Shown: in pieces, positions 63,001 to 64,000 of the stretch | How positions within the stretch are numbered: the first letter of the stretch is position 1 | Layout of the letters: every line of letters starts with the position of its first letter | NCBI GenBank assembly: GCA_976226885.1 | Contig: OZ320317.1 | Location: 80,352,001-80,416,000 of the forward strand | DNA: 64,000 nucleotides | DNA from: Iphione sp. A-MEVVRFRX5 | Lineage: Eukaryota | Direction of reading: 5' to 3' | Notes under the pieces: generated by a model | What the model was told of the DNA's origin: nothing | Database searches by the model: none | Seen by the model: only the letters and a program-made list of their open reading frames with translations | Translations under genes and position numbers: made by a program

Positions 63001-64000
63001 TGGGACCGTCCACCAGGTGAACTTTGACCTTTGACTCTCGTGAAGGCCAGCTGACCAGTCGAACGGTTGACTTTGTGCAGTATAATACTCATTCAACTGT
63101 AAGTGTCGTACACCAAAAGTAACATGTTGCATATTCTTTTGCTGATGCTTCTCTTTTTGTACATGTATGTTACATTAATCGCCATTAAATTGCCTTTTAT
63201 CTTCGGGAAAGCATTGCTCCATAAGAGATATATGGTGTTCCTACAATCTAACATTAAAGCATAAACTATTTTGTCTTTTCGATTTTAGTATGTCTATTTT
63301 CTCAAATTCAAGCGACTCCATGCCGCTCACATAAATGCTGACAGAGCATGAGATGACATAAATTCATGCCCCAGCGCTTTTCTTATCAAGAGTACAGTGG
63401 CGAGGGGGCTTCGTCTAGTAGGTGTCATTGTATGAAGAAGGTCTGCAAGACATATCATACGTTATTAACCAGTGGGATGCTGGCAGACTAGTACATTTAT
63501 GGTCACAATATGACTAGTTACAGAAACAGCTTAAACCTATGAATGGTCATTCTTAAAACGATGTAGTTATTTGAATCGGCCAAAACTCACAAAACAATTA
63601 GAATGTTCATTAGGAAAGTATGTACTTGTATTTACGTTCACGTGTCTCGGTACAAGACTGAACATGTGCATGCATATGTTCGCCTAACATTCCCTCGACT
63701 CAGATCTCAACATCGCTTTTATCTTTTCTTTTGTTAAACCTCTCTACAGTGAGATAATAATAGAAACACGCGGTATTAAGGTATTAACCTGTAAGCATTT
63801 GCCTGCCTATCCAGTAAACTGTCTAATGTGGAGATGATCTTGAATCACTTGGAGACTGACTGATTTTAGAGTTATTGTCCTAAAATAACGGTATAAACAT
63901 CTTCATTAAAGAGTTTAACCATTCATGCAACAGTGCATTTAGGGTGGTACACATTTATTTTGCAGTCTATGTTTCAATGGAGGACAATTTCATTTTTTAA

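Overview
Eukaryotic, AT-rich, transposon-dense genomic DNA. It is probably from a lophotrochozoan invertebrate (inference from MetaSINE-like SINEs and frequent TACATGTA words). No host protein-coding gene could be confidently identified, and most short ORFs in the track are noise. Between 7.5 and 27.9 kb lies a block of three element classes. (1) A full-length but decayed ~9.95 kb Ty3/Gypsy LTR retrotransposon (7485-17435; 314-bp LTRs 97% identical, GTAT TSD, tRNA-Leu PBS, PPT) with an unusual ~3.5 kb accessory ORF downstream of pol that encodes two C2H2 zinc fingers and an unrecognised C-terminal domain. (2) An intron-containing Crypton-type tyrosine recombinase relic on the minus strand (~18.4-19.6 kb). 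(3) A young-looking CR1/L2-group LINE with three uninterrupted ORFs: an L1-like ORF1 fused to a NADAR (YbiA-like) domain, a free-standing catalytically degenerate SGNH-fold ORF, and APE-RT ORF2. The ORF1-NADAR/SGNH/APE-RT LINE is the strongest candidate for an undescribed system, followed by the zinc-finger-carrying Gypsy. The rest of the window holds a solo LTR, a Penelope-like relic, two tRNA-derived SINEs, old LINE fragments, small inverted-repeat elements and mini/microsatellites.
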